A DNA stretch of 64,000 nucleotides from Callorhinchus milii (lineage: Eukaryota). Shown here one piece after another: positions 53,401 through 62,100 of the stretch. The translations under genes and the position numbers were made by a program. The notes beneath the pieces were generated by a model. The model saw nothing but the letters and a program-made list of their open reading frames with translations, did no database searches and was not told the DNA's origin. Positions within the stretch are counted from its first letter, which is position 1; each line of letters starts with the position of its first letter. The stretch lies in the NCBI RefSeq assembly GCF_018977255.1, contig NW_024704761.1, forward strand, positions 1,674,001-1,738,000, in the 5' to 3' direction.

Positions 53401-54456
53401 CCCCCCGGAGCAACGCAGCGAGTGCGCAGTCGCTGCCACCGGCTGCCATTGTCGAGGTTGAGCCCTCTTCTGCGAGAGCCGCCACGGAGGTCGCGGCGAA
53501 ACGAGAAGAGCGCCCCGAGCGGGCGGGTCGAGCGAATCGGCGCGAGCGTTCCAGACGCGGGGGGTGCGACGGCGTTCTTTCGAAAGAAAACAACGGCAAT
53601 CCTCGGCGGAAAGGTACCGCGAAGCCAACCGACCCCCCCACCCCCCGCGTGTTGCCCGGGCGAGCGCGGCCATGAACAGTCGGGCATAAAAGAAATCAAG
53701 AGGCGCTCGCAGCAGCAGCAGGAGGAGGAGGAGGAGGGAGCGAGGGGGGGGGAAAAAAGGGAGGGCAGGGGAGGAGGTGCAGGAGGAGGAGGTGCAGGAG
53801 GAGGAGGAGGAGGAAGTGAGGAGAGGGAGAGAAGGAAATAATGCAATGCAAAAAGCTTTGCAAACCTTTAGAAAACCACAGGAGAAAGCTGCAGTTCCTT
53901 GCAATTAAGAGGCTTGAAGGTGAGTGAGTGAGGGAGTGAGTGAGTGAGTGAGGGAGGGAGGGAGTGAGGGAGGGAGGGAGTGAGGGAGGGACCTGTGAGC
54001 TCCTCTGGGCTGCACCAGGGATTGTTGTCACACAATCAGCAGCACATGTTGGCGATGGGGCCACGTGACGCGATCAGCTGGCCGCGGGGCAGGCTGGGGG
54101 CTGTAGTCCTGCTCCGCCCCCCACCACCGCCCGCCTCGCGCAAAACCCTGCGGGAACTACAACCGCGAGGCATGCCGGGAGCTGACGTTCCCTCCCCCCC
54201 ACCACCACCCCTGACGGGCGTCAGCGCAAGGCCGGGTGGGAACTACAACTCCCAGCCTGCCTCGCGCCAGCCAACCGCCAACCCGCCCCCCCCGCCCCGC
54301 GACGGCGAGGGCTGCGTAGGGGAGTTCAGGCCTCAGCCCCCCACCCCCGGGGCTTCCCTCACCCGCGCCGCATTACCTGCGCCCCGGCGCCCACGGCCCG
54401 AGCGGCGTGAGGCAGGCGAGCGGCAAGAGACGAGCTCCGCGGCGGCCGAGCAGCAT
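9036..54456 (-). CDS. SPATA20: Spermatogenesis-associated protein 20 (thioredoxin-like CxxC domain plus six-hairpin glycosidase-like region); 15 coding exons, 3' end incomplete
   Basis: join(54456-54377,52491-52318,52080-52016,51536-51382,50922-50779,50067-49866,49318-49188,48791-48687,45186-45112,43816-43604,40983-40791,36048-35880,31324-31116,27641-27442,9116-9036) = 2196 nt. Hallmark peptides [61 protein letters not shown] and [11 protein letters not shown]. Terminal exon not found. Confidence 0.96.
12015..12376 (+). mobile_element. Older Deu-domain SINE (SacSINE1/AmnSINE-like)
   Basis: A different tRNA head (ggctcagcggtagcactc..gggttcgaatccc) plus the Deu core gatgttaaaccaagg..taaagatcccatggcactgtttgaa. 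Related remnants lie near 1250-1380, 16500-16680, 21960-22100, 53263-53400 and 59760-59860. Confidence 0.75.
13010..13388 (+). mobile_element. CR1 LINE 3' end containing an internal tandem expansion
   Basis: ttttaagagagaagtagataatta..cagggctatgggg..ggccgaatggcctccttctgcgctgtataattct; a non-expanded relative is at 48050-48222. Confidence 0.8.
13081..13315. repeat. G-rich minisatellite of 37/37/25-nt units
   Basis: Units start at 13081, 13118, 13155, 13180, 13217, 13254 and 13279. Confidence 0.95.
17840..18105 (-). mobile_element. L2-type LINE 3' fragment; relatives at about 1-130, 5040-5240, 7310-7590, 41125-41290, 51650-51945 (+) and 54910-55200
   Basis: Encodes [31 protein letters not shown], typical of the L2 ORF2 C-terminus; (gtt)n tail. 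Confidence 0.8.
18436..18615. repeat. Compound (GA)n/GAGC/GACA microsatellite
   Basis: Read directly. Confidence 0.95.
18960..19203 (-). mobile_element. tRNA-derived SINE, 5'-truncated and internally deleted
   Basis: B-box region, body and tail recognisable. Confidence 0.85.
19618..19780 (+). mobile_element. SINE 5' half (tRNA-like head)
   Basis: A and B boxes plus ttgggcaagtttccttac..gttagtcgattggc. Confidence 0.85.
23152..23525 (-). mobile_element. Near full-length tRNA-derived SINE (same family)
   Basis: Reverse-complement head (ggaatcgaacccaggtcc) plus body and tail. Confidence 0.9.
24612..24916 (-). mobile_element. tRNA-derived SINE with an internal deletion
   Basis: Head ends at gagctacaggactcc; tail aataatccttgcatttg. 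Confidence 0.88.
27442..27641 (-). CDS. SPATA20: SPATA20 exon ([39 protein letters not shown])
   Basis: Acceptor ttacgacag, donor GAG|gtaggt, 200 nt. Confidence 0.96.
27728..27880 (+). mobile_element. SINE 5' half (tRNA-like head)
   Basis: ggagtcctgtagctcagtgg..gggttcgattcccggg..tgttcaccgagcag. Confidence 0.85.
31116..31324 (-). CDS. SPATA20: SPATA20 exon ([38 protein letters not shown])
   Basis: Acceptor ttttacag, donor G|gtgggt, 209 nt. Confidence 0.96.
33024..33356 (+). mobile_element. Near full-length tRNA-derived SINE (same family)
   Basis: ggagtcctgtagctcagtgg head through (tta)n tail. Confidence 0.9.
35880..36048 (-). CDS. SPATA20: SPATA20 exon ([28 protein letters not shown])
   Basis: Acceptor gttgcag, donor AT|gtgagt, 169 nt. 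Confidence 0.96.
40791..40983 (-). CDS. SPATA20: SPATA20 exon ([33 protein letters not shown])
   Basis: Acceptor gtgctgtag, donor G|gtgagg, 193 nt. Confidence 0.96.
43604..43816 (-). CDS. SPATA20: SPATA20 exon ([34 protein letters not shown])
   Basis: Acceptor ctcggcag, donor CAG|gtacgt, 213 nt. Confidence 0.96.
45112..45186 (-). CDS. SPATA20: SPATA20 exon ([25 protein letters not shown])
   Basis: Acceptor cctcacag, donor CCG|gtaagg, 75 nt. Confidence 0.95.
46225..46587 (-). mobile_element. Near full-length tRNA-derived SINE (SINE2-1_CM-like)
   Basis: Head ggagtcctgta.. with A box and B box GGTTCGATTCC; body tgtgggacgctgctgtgcg..; tail aaatgcaagga(tta)n. Fragments of this family occur dozens of times in the window. 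Confidence 0.9.
48050..48222 (+). mobile_element. CR1 LINE 3' fragment
   Basis: tggaacgcactgcctgagagggtgg..gggctgaatggcctccttctgtgctgtaagattctatgattct terminus. Confidence 0.8.
48687..48791 (-). CDS. SPATA20: SPATA20 exon ([35 protein letters not shown])
   Basis: Acceptor cccggtag, donor CAG|gtaaga, 105 nt. Confidence 0.97.
49188..49318 (-). CDS. SPATA20: SPATA20 exon ([29 protein letters not shown])
   Basis: Acceptor ttgagcag, donor CAG|gtagga, 131 nt. Confidence 0.96.
49866..50067 (-). CDS. SPATA20: SPATA20 exon ([33 protein letters not shown])
   Basis: Acceptor catttcag, donor G|gtgagg, 202 nt. Confidence 0.96.
50779..50922 (-). CDS. SPATA20: SPATA20 exon ([36 protein letters not shown])
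   Basis: Acceptor ctcacag, donor CAG|gtaagg, 144 nt. Confidence 0.97.
51382..51536 (-). CDS. SPATA20: SPATA20 exon with CxxC motif ([35 protein letters not shown])
   Basis: Acceptor ctccgcag, donor CAG|gtgaat, 155 nt. Confidence 0.97.
52016..52080 (-). CDS. SPATA20: SPATA20 exon ([21 protein letters not shown])
   Basis: Acceptor ccctccag, donor G|gtacgc, 65 nt. Confidence 0.96.
52318..52491 (-). CDS. SPATA20: SPATA20 exon ([43 protein letters not shown])
   Basis: Acceptor aatcgctag, donor TG|gtaact, 174 nt. Confidence 0.92.
53710..53990. repeat. (GGA)n and (GAGT/GAGG)n tracts within the SPATA20 CpG island
   Basis: Read directly. Confidence 0.85.
54377..54456 (-). CDS. SPATA20: SPATA20 probable first coding exon ([26 protein letters not shown])
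   Basis: gcgATG in a CpG island; donor AG|gtaatg; phase 2 matches the next exon; Arg/Leu-rich, acid-free leader like the mammalian N-terminus. Confidence 0.65.
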
Positions 54457-54719
54457 CGCCGACCCGGGGCAGTGGCGAGGGAGAAGGGTGGGGCGGTGCG
54501 ACACTGTCACTGCAACAGCGACACCCAGTGGCCGGAGGTGGTCAGCGCAGCGCAGCCAGGGCTGTGTTGTCGGCTTGACAGGCACATGGGGACAGGAGGA
54601 AGCCATTCAGCCCCTCCAGCCTGTTCCAGTACCTCGACTCCAATTACCCCCCTCCCCCCCCTCCCCCGACCTAACAAATATCTCAGCCAGGGTAATATGT
54701 TAGGGCAGGACAGCTGGTC

Positions 54720-54900
54720 CCAACCCCACCAACGCAACCCCACCCCACCCCCCCAACCCCACCCCACCAACCCAACCCCACCCCCCAACCCAACCCCCCA
54801 ACCCAACCCCCCAATCCAACCCACCAACCCAACCCAATCCCACCCCAACCCCAACACCCCCCCAACCCAATCCCACCCCAACCCCAACCCCCCCCCCCCC
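54720..54900. repeat. (CCCAA/CCAAC)n C-rich tract upstream of SPATA20
   Basis: Read directly. Confidence 0.9.
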
Positions 54901-55498
54901 CGGATCGACAACAACTTGCGCTTATATCGCACCCTCCACGCGGGATAGCGTCTCGAGAGCGCTAAACAGTGGCGGAGCCCGACTCCGAGCCGGATGGTTG
55001 GGAAGGCGCCCGTGAGCACGGCGGCGGGGCAAGGCTTTCGGGCAGGACCTGAGAAAGGGGGGGGGCGGAGGGACTGAGGGAAGAGTGCTCCAGAGTTTCG
55101 GAATGTGGTGGCTGAAAGCGTGACCCCCGACGGTGGGGCGGAGGGTGCGAGGGACGAGCGGGAGGCCGGCGCCCGTCGAGCGGAGGCGCCGGCTGGTGGG
55201 TCGGGGAGGACGGAGGTCGTAGAGGTAAGGAGGTGCCGGAGGGGCGAAGGGTCTTAGTCACGTCGAGACGTCTCGAAGCGCTTCGGGGTATTTTGTTTCC
55301 GGGGAAGCGTTTCCCTTCACTTCCCGCAATCTTCCCAGAATCAATCTGTAATGGGGGGTGTGGGGGAGGGAAATAATAATAATAATCCTTGCATTTGATC
55401 CAGTGCCTTACCACGTCTTCGAGAGGTCTCAAAACGCTTCACGGAGTATACTGTAAAGTGAATTGACTATTTTGTGGGCGAGAGAAAATATAAAGGAA

Positions 55499-55504
55499 TT
55501 TATT
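55499..55504 (-). terminator. Candidate poly(A) signal AATAAA of TSEN54
   Basis: tttatt on + strand, about 470 nt downstream of the stop codon. Confidence 0.6.
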
Positions 55505-55971
55505 ATCCCCAATAAACTCAAATGCAGCAAACATGAAGGCTAGAAAAATATCATTTGAATAGGAAGCAAATACTAACAGTCGAAGATATTCCATTCAACC
55601 CATCGATGGGTTTGACCAGCTCTTTGCTGGTTGGAACAGGAATCTGTTGCAGGGTTCTCGTCTGATAAAAGCCAGGGACTTTTGCAGGTGGGGAAGAGAG
55701 GGGGGAATTCCCTCAATGTCATCTGAGATATTTAATGATATCAGGCAACTATTCAGCGGGTACCCGTGAGAGAGGTTAATAGGCAACTTGAGCAATTGAT
55801 CAACAACTACATCACCAGCAATCTACGTACACATCATTAGAAACTCTCTCTGTGCAGAAGGAAATCTCCCCGACTAAAGCAATGTCTTCGCCCCAAACCC
55901 AGACTCACATTTCCCAAAAGCCCTGAGATCATGCACAAAAGGGGAAGCCTTCTCCCCTACTCGCCACGCCG

Positions 55972-56122
55972 TCAGTGGTAGACGTCCACAGGCAGTTTGA
56001 ATTCCTTGAAGGTGTAGAAGGAGATGTCACCGCTATCCACCACAGCAAAGACAATAGGCACGTCGCCACTCTGATAGGACAGTGCCTTCATCAAGCGGAG
56101 GTCTGGCACCGACTCCTCAAAG
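55972..56122 (-). CDS. TSEN54: TSEN54 exon 11, last coding exon ([31 protein letters not shown])
   Basis: Acceptor ttccgcag; TGA stop at 55974-55972. Confidence 0.95.
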
Positions 56123-59100
56123 CTGCGGAAAGGCCAGAAGGCAGAATGTGAGAGAGAGTAACCCAGTGATCTCACACTGAAGTGTCGATCAACAACATGA
56201 GAGAAGCTGTGCTTTGAAATGGGACCCGGGTTCTCCCACTGGGGTTCCCATCGGACGGAAACGGTCATGCAAAGTAGATCATTATTATTATTATGGATGG
56301 CCTTTTAGGATAAGCAGCTTATGAGACTTGATGGATCAGGAGGCAGAGGATGGGGGAGGTGACCATATGGGTGAAGAGGTAGGTTTTAAGGTGGGATTTG
56401 AAGGTAGAGAGAGGCGAGGCAGAAGAATAGACAGGGAATTCACTTCTCTCAGTGTAATGTGGTTAAATACAAGATCAGCTAGTTTAACACAAATCATACA
56501 CAACTGCACACCGTGCGCACACAAACCACGCACTCATACAGATCGCGCGCACAGACAAATTACAAGCACACACACACACACAGATCGCCCGGCACCGTAC
56601 CTGCAAACACACATCCTTGAATAGGGTTTCCCGGGCTGGGATTTGCGGAAAGCCGCCACAGTATCAGCCTGGTACACATTGAAGGTGATTTTTACGCTCT
56701 CGGTAGACTCCTTGAGGCTGCACAGCACAAAGTGGATAATTAGGTATTTAGACACAGACTATTGTGAGCACTGACTGACAGAGTCACTTTGCTTATTGTG
56801 TGGAAAGCTTTCATAACTCTAAACACTAAAATCAAATCACTGCTCAGCATCAACTACAGAGAAGACATCGCCAGTCTTACCAGCCATTCACTATAGTCTA
56901 CAGCCCTCTCCATCCCTGGTGTCATTCTCATCATCCTCTAATGCTACCAGATAACTTACCAAGCAGCTCCATCCAGGAGGCGAGTGGAATGCAGGATGCC
57001 AATACGTTGCAGGAGGTCTCCTTTGTAATGGAAAGAAAACAAGGAACAAGTTAATAATCAGCTGTAGCCTGTCCTCAAGCACAGCAAAATTACAAATGTC
57101 AAGACTGAGGTGGATAGATATTTATTAGGTCAGGGTATCAAGGGATACGGAGCAAGGGCGGTAATTGGAGTTGAGGTACTGATCAACCATGATCTTATAG
57201 AATGGCAAAACAGGCTTGAGGGGCTGAATGGCCTCCTCCTATTCCTATGTCTTTTCACGGCATTTTTTGTGGACTCTGGCCTTGTCCTATCTGCCACCAT
57301 GATTTGACATGTAACTGGAAAGTTTTGGATTCAAATCCTGGCGAGCGAGCTCAGCCCCTTCACCCCTTTTGACGTTAACCCACTTTCTCTCTCCATAGAT
57401 GCTGCCTGAGCTGCTGCATGGTTCCAGCAGGTGGGTGTTCCAGATGGACTTCTTTGTCCACTGCCAGCAGCAAATCACCAGAGCCTGCTGCCTACCTACC
57501 GGGTGAGGTGACTTGTCTGGGTTTGATAAGCGGCTGAACCTGGTCCTTCCAGAGGTGGGGAGGCAGCTCATCGTGTCTGTTCTGCTTCCATTTCAAGAAA
57601 GTCTTGTACTCTTTCCAGTTGGCACACTGCCTGACCCGCCTGTCCTTGTTGATGTCGGTTTTGTATCTGCTTGCCCTCTCCTGCTTCTCCCGTTCCCTGA
57701 AAGACATTTTCTCTTGCTTCTGGTTTAGCTTGTGTCGCCAGGCACCTGCATCGCACGCTTGTCCAACCACATTCTCTGGCAGAAGGTCTGCGTCCAGGGC
57801 GGGCAGGTTGGTGTGCGGGCAGTCTCTCGCAAAGTTCGGGAACCTTATTTGGCTGAAGTCCCACCGCAGCCGCCTCATTGACACCGAGCTCGTGTGAGCT
57901 CTCTGGGGAGAGGAATGGACAGGACCTGGAGACGCCAGAGTGGATTCCTCCATCGGCCAATCGTCAACGCTCCCCGAGGCCTCCTGTGCGCTCTCCAGCC
58001 TGATGCTTGCGTTCCTCAGGCCGGGCTCTAAGGGCGGTTCAACCTTGTCTTTGAGAGACCCGTCTCCATCCAAACACTGGCTCTTTTTTGCTACACCTTC
58101 CTCAGCCTCTGCGACCACAGACCTCTCACCTTCCCTCGATCGCTCTGCCTGGCCTCGGTCGGAGTCCTTACCTCTTTAACAGAAAGAACAATGAAATAAA
58201 AGCAATCCTTGCATTTGATATAGTGCCTTTCACATCGGATGGATGTCTCAATGTGTTTCAGACTCTAGCGGATCTCTCCCTCCCTCTCTCTCTGACCTGC
58301 CCATAACCCCACTCCTCCGCCCAACCTCTTCACTCATCTATTACGGGCCTGAACAGAGATCAGGAGGAACATTTTCACACAGAGAGTGGCGAGTGTGTGG
58401 AATTCTCTGCCACAGTTGGTTGTTGGGGTAACAACCGGGTGCACCTTCTAAAAAAAGGCCGGACACTCGGTATGAGAGAATAAAGTAGAGCAACGTGGGG
58501 AAAAAGCCGGGATACAGGACTAGGGATTGGATCTAGGATGGACACCCATGCAGAGTATAAACACCAGCTGGACAAGACGGGCCGAGTGACCTGTTTCTGA
58601 GCTGTACCTTCTATGACAGAGGACATTTCAAAGCATTTTACAGGATTTACTGCTAAGTGTAGTGACCATGTATTTTGTAGGCAAACATTTATAAATCATT
58701 GAAATTTGGGGATCGAAGGAAATCCCCTGTGGCCGTGGCAAACCAATGCACTCCCTAGCGAGACACTGCTTTCCCAGTGAGTACCTGCCAGTGTCTGGGC
58801 TGATGCTCCTCTTCCTCTTGCGCTGGTGCTTGTCCGAGGCTTTCAGATGAGGCTCCAGGTTCAGCTTCTGCTCATAGGCCGTGGGAACGCCACTGAAAGG
58901 ACAGAGAGATGCCATAGCACCACAGAGCGGCAACTCAAGCTAATCGTCGGCTCATCAAATACCGGAGGCTTCCTGTCACGTTTACTTTATGTTATTTACT
59001 TTTGGATCGGAAGGCTCTGGATTCCATAACTGGTCGCTGGTCTACACAGGCCTCCGCCCTTGCGAGGTCAATAAAAACAGGCTCCCTGTTTAACATATTC

Positions 59101-62100
59101 CTCGAGGAAGTAAACGGCATCCTGTGCCCTGGAACCTACCCTGCGGGGGGGGTTGTTGTGGTTGCTAGACCTCTAAGGAGACGCCCGTGATAAAAACAGA
59201 CACACACACCTGCAGGAATCAAAGGCACCACTGCTGATTGACCAGCCTGTCTGGCTCCATGATAAAACTTGCAGGTATAGACATACACTCAACCAAATCT
59301 GCGAGCCAAAGCCCTGCGGGGTAGGGCGGCCCTAGCTGGATAAGGACCAAAGCATTTTCACACACTGAGACAGCCCGTAAAGAGGAGGGGATGGACACAG
59401 AGAGAAGAGGGAGAGAGAGAGAGGGCGAGGGTAAGGCAACCTTTACCTGGGATTAAATCGCATCACAACATACCCCAGTCTTTTCAAGTGACTGTAAACC
59501 TTCAACAAACAAAAGAAACACTTTTCAGAATGTGTGGAATCAGGCACATTGTCTGTTCAAACAAAGAAACAGGATGACAAACAGCTCAATGGCAAAATGT
59601 CAGAAGCCTGAAATTCCGGTTAGCCTAGGCCTTGGAAGTCAAAACTTGCTCAGAATTGTAGAAAATTCTTGAACATCTCTGTATTTGGAACCCGGCTTTT
59701 CCACAGGGCTTGAGAAGAAACTGACTTCCAAATGCAAGTTGAATTTAAGAACTTTCCACAATTCTTAATATCCACCTGAACTGGCAGACGGGACCCTGGT
59801 TTAACATCTCATCTGAAGCACCTTCCAACATGGAGCGTCGACTCAAGTGTCAGCCTAAACCCTGAGCTCAAGGTCACTGAGGGGCATAAACTAACAACAC
59901 TGTGACATGAGGTTTACCAACTGACCCAGGCTTGCCCACACTTTCTACCCTCATACCTGATAATGATGCAGTGGGATAGTTTGAGCAGACAGTAAGATCT
60001 CGTAAGCTTCCTGGATGGACAGAGGCAGCTCTCTGTAATATATCTGGATGGACCCCTGAAAGGCAGGTTACTTGTTGTCAGTATTTTCATATACAGACAG
60101 TCTAGTTACCAACACAGAATTGGGAGCGTTAATCTATCTCATCATTTCAGCAGACACCACGGGGATCTTTGACGGTACCTTGCTGGCGTTTTGCTTTACT
60201 ATGTACTCACACACTCCAATAGGTACAGCGCTTCCTCAGGATACAGCAGCTGCTTCCCGTGCCTCACGTGTCCCATGGTGTGCCAGAACTTCCCCTGAGC
60301 CAGGACAAGACAAGGAGTTGGCAAGGCACAAAGCACCAGGAACATCAACTCGCACACAATTACAGTAGTTCATCTAATTTTCACCTGGTTAAAGGTCTCA
60401 AAGCGCTTCGCAGCGTCAGAGTGGGAGCCTAGGCAGGTTTGGGAGATTGGAGGAGGAGGAGGAGGAGAGAGTTTAACACTATTAAACAGGAACAAATGCT
60501 TTGGTTACAGGGTTAGATGATAGAAATCCCGAATTAAGAAACCCAATAGTTTAAAAAGAAACTCACAGCATTGGACGTCAGCTCCACAATGTTCTCCTGT
60601 CTGTTCCATTCTGTCCTTACCAGGCTGCCTCTGGATAAAATGAAGAGAACAGCTATTTATACAGATAAACAATAGCCCACAAAGCAAACACAGCCGGAGA
60701 GGTGTACATCATTACGAGGGGTTTTGATGGGGCGAATAGAGAGACACTATTTGCACAGTCAGTGACTGGAACATGTAGATTCAGATAACCACGAAGAGCG
60801 AAAAGAAAGCTTAGGAGATTGTTGTTTCACTCAGAGAGGTGTTGTGATGCAGAATGCCTCGGCCAAGTCAGGTGGCAAACAACAACAACAACAAGATTCC
60901 ATTTATAGAGCGTCTTTCACGTCGGGAGGACGTCCCAAGGCGCTGTACAGGTGGGTCAGGACCCGAGCATTGGGGGGAGAAATGGTCAGGGTGAGGGGAG
61001 GGAAGGGAGGGAGCGAGGAGGGGGCAGATGGTCAGGGTGAGGGGAGGGAAGGGAGGGGGCAAGGAGGGGGGAAATGGTGAGGGGAGGGAGGGAGGGGGTA
61101 GAGAGTCGAGAGCGGAGCTGAAGGCTGAAGGTCAAAGAGAAAGGTCTTGAGACCGGCCTTGAAGGAGGAAAGGGAGGAGGCGGCGAAGGCACCGGGGGAT
61201 GGACATCCAGAGCCCAGAGTAAAGGCAGAGTCCGCAGTGGATTTCAAGAAGGTATGGGAGGGAGAGACGCTTCAAGGGGGGTGTGGGGATAGGGCAGTGC
61301 GACTGAAGGGAGCACTTTGCTCTGCCTCGGGACGTCCTCCCGACGTGAAAGGCGCTCTATAAATGGAATCTTGTTGTTGTTGTTGTTGTTGTTGAGCGCC
61401 GGGGGCCAGACCCGATGGGCCTCGTTCAGCGCACAGCGCAAACGTCTCCGGCTGCAATAAGCCGCGTTTCTTACAGCCGCTCCACTCGCTCCTCGGAGAG
61501 GAGCTGCCGCTGTTCCTCACGGCACAGCCTCAGCTTCTCCGCCTGCTCTTCCGACTGGTCCGGGAAGAAGTCCTTCTGGCCGTGGGATCTCTGAGGAATC
61601 TTGTGGTCCCGGGAGCGGGCTGCAAAAAGCTCCTCACAGCTGCACACAAGGAAAACCACAGCATCAGGGCAGTCACCCCTCTCCTCCTCCCTCCGCGCCC
61701 CTCTCCTCCTCCCTCCGCACCCCTCCCCTCCCCCCTCCGCACCCCTCTCCTCCTCCCTCCGCGCCCCTCTCTCCCCCCTCCGCACCCTCTCCTCCCCCTC
61801 CGCACCCCTCTCCTCCTCCCTCCGCGCCCCTCTCCTTCTCCCTCCACACCCTCTCCTCCCCCTCCGCGCCCCTCTCCTCCTCCCTCCGCGCCCCTCTCCT
61901 CCTCCCTCCGCGCCCCTCTCCTCCTCCCTCCGCGCCCCTCTCCTCCCCCCTCCGCGCTCCTCTCCTCCCTCCTCCGCGCTCCTCTCCTCCCTCCGCGCCC
62001 CTCCCCTCCTCCCTCCCCCTCCCTCCCCTCCGCGCCCCTCCCCTCCTCCCTCCGCGCCCCTCCCCTCCTCCCTCCGCGCCCCCTCCCCTCCCCCCCCTCC

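Larger units (their letters stand above)
53300..54560. promoter_or_regulatory. SPATA20 CpG island with ZNF143/THAP11-type ACTACAnnnCCCAG motifs (about 54091-54110, 54153-54180, 54239-54267) and an E-box (54062-54069)
   Basis: High CpG density; ggaactacaactcccagcctgcctcgcg is a near-canonical SBS-type motif. Confidence 0.75.

Noticed and set aside
53263-53700. Structured ncRNA (telomerase RNA, 7SK, RNase P/MRP) driven by the ZNF143 motifs
   Set aside because: No CTAACCCTAA template or other recognisable signature; the sequence is explained by repeat remnants.
54030-54050. gccaacATG TGC TGC TGA as a possible selenoprotein start
   Set aside because: No SECIS or homology seen, and the following donor is weak and in the wrong phase for exon 52491; at most a uORF.
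53980-54948. 322-aa Pro-rich ORF on the + strand
   Set aside because: Product of CpG-island and C-rich repeat composition; GTG start; no recognisable domain.
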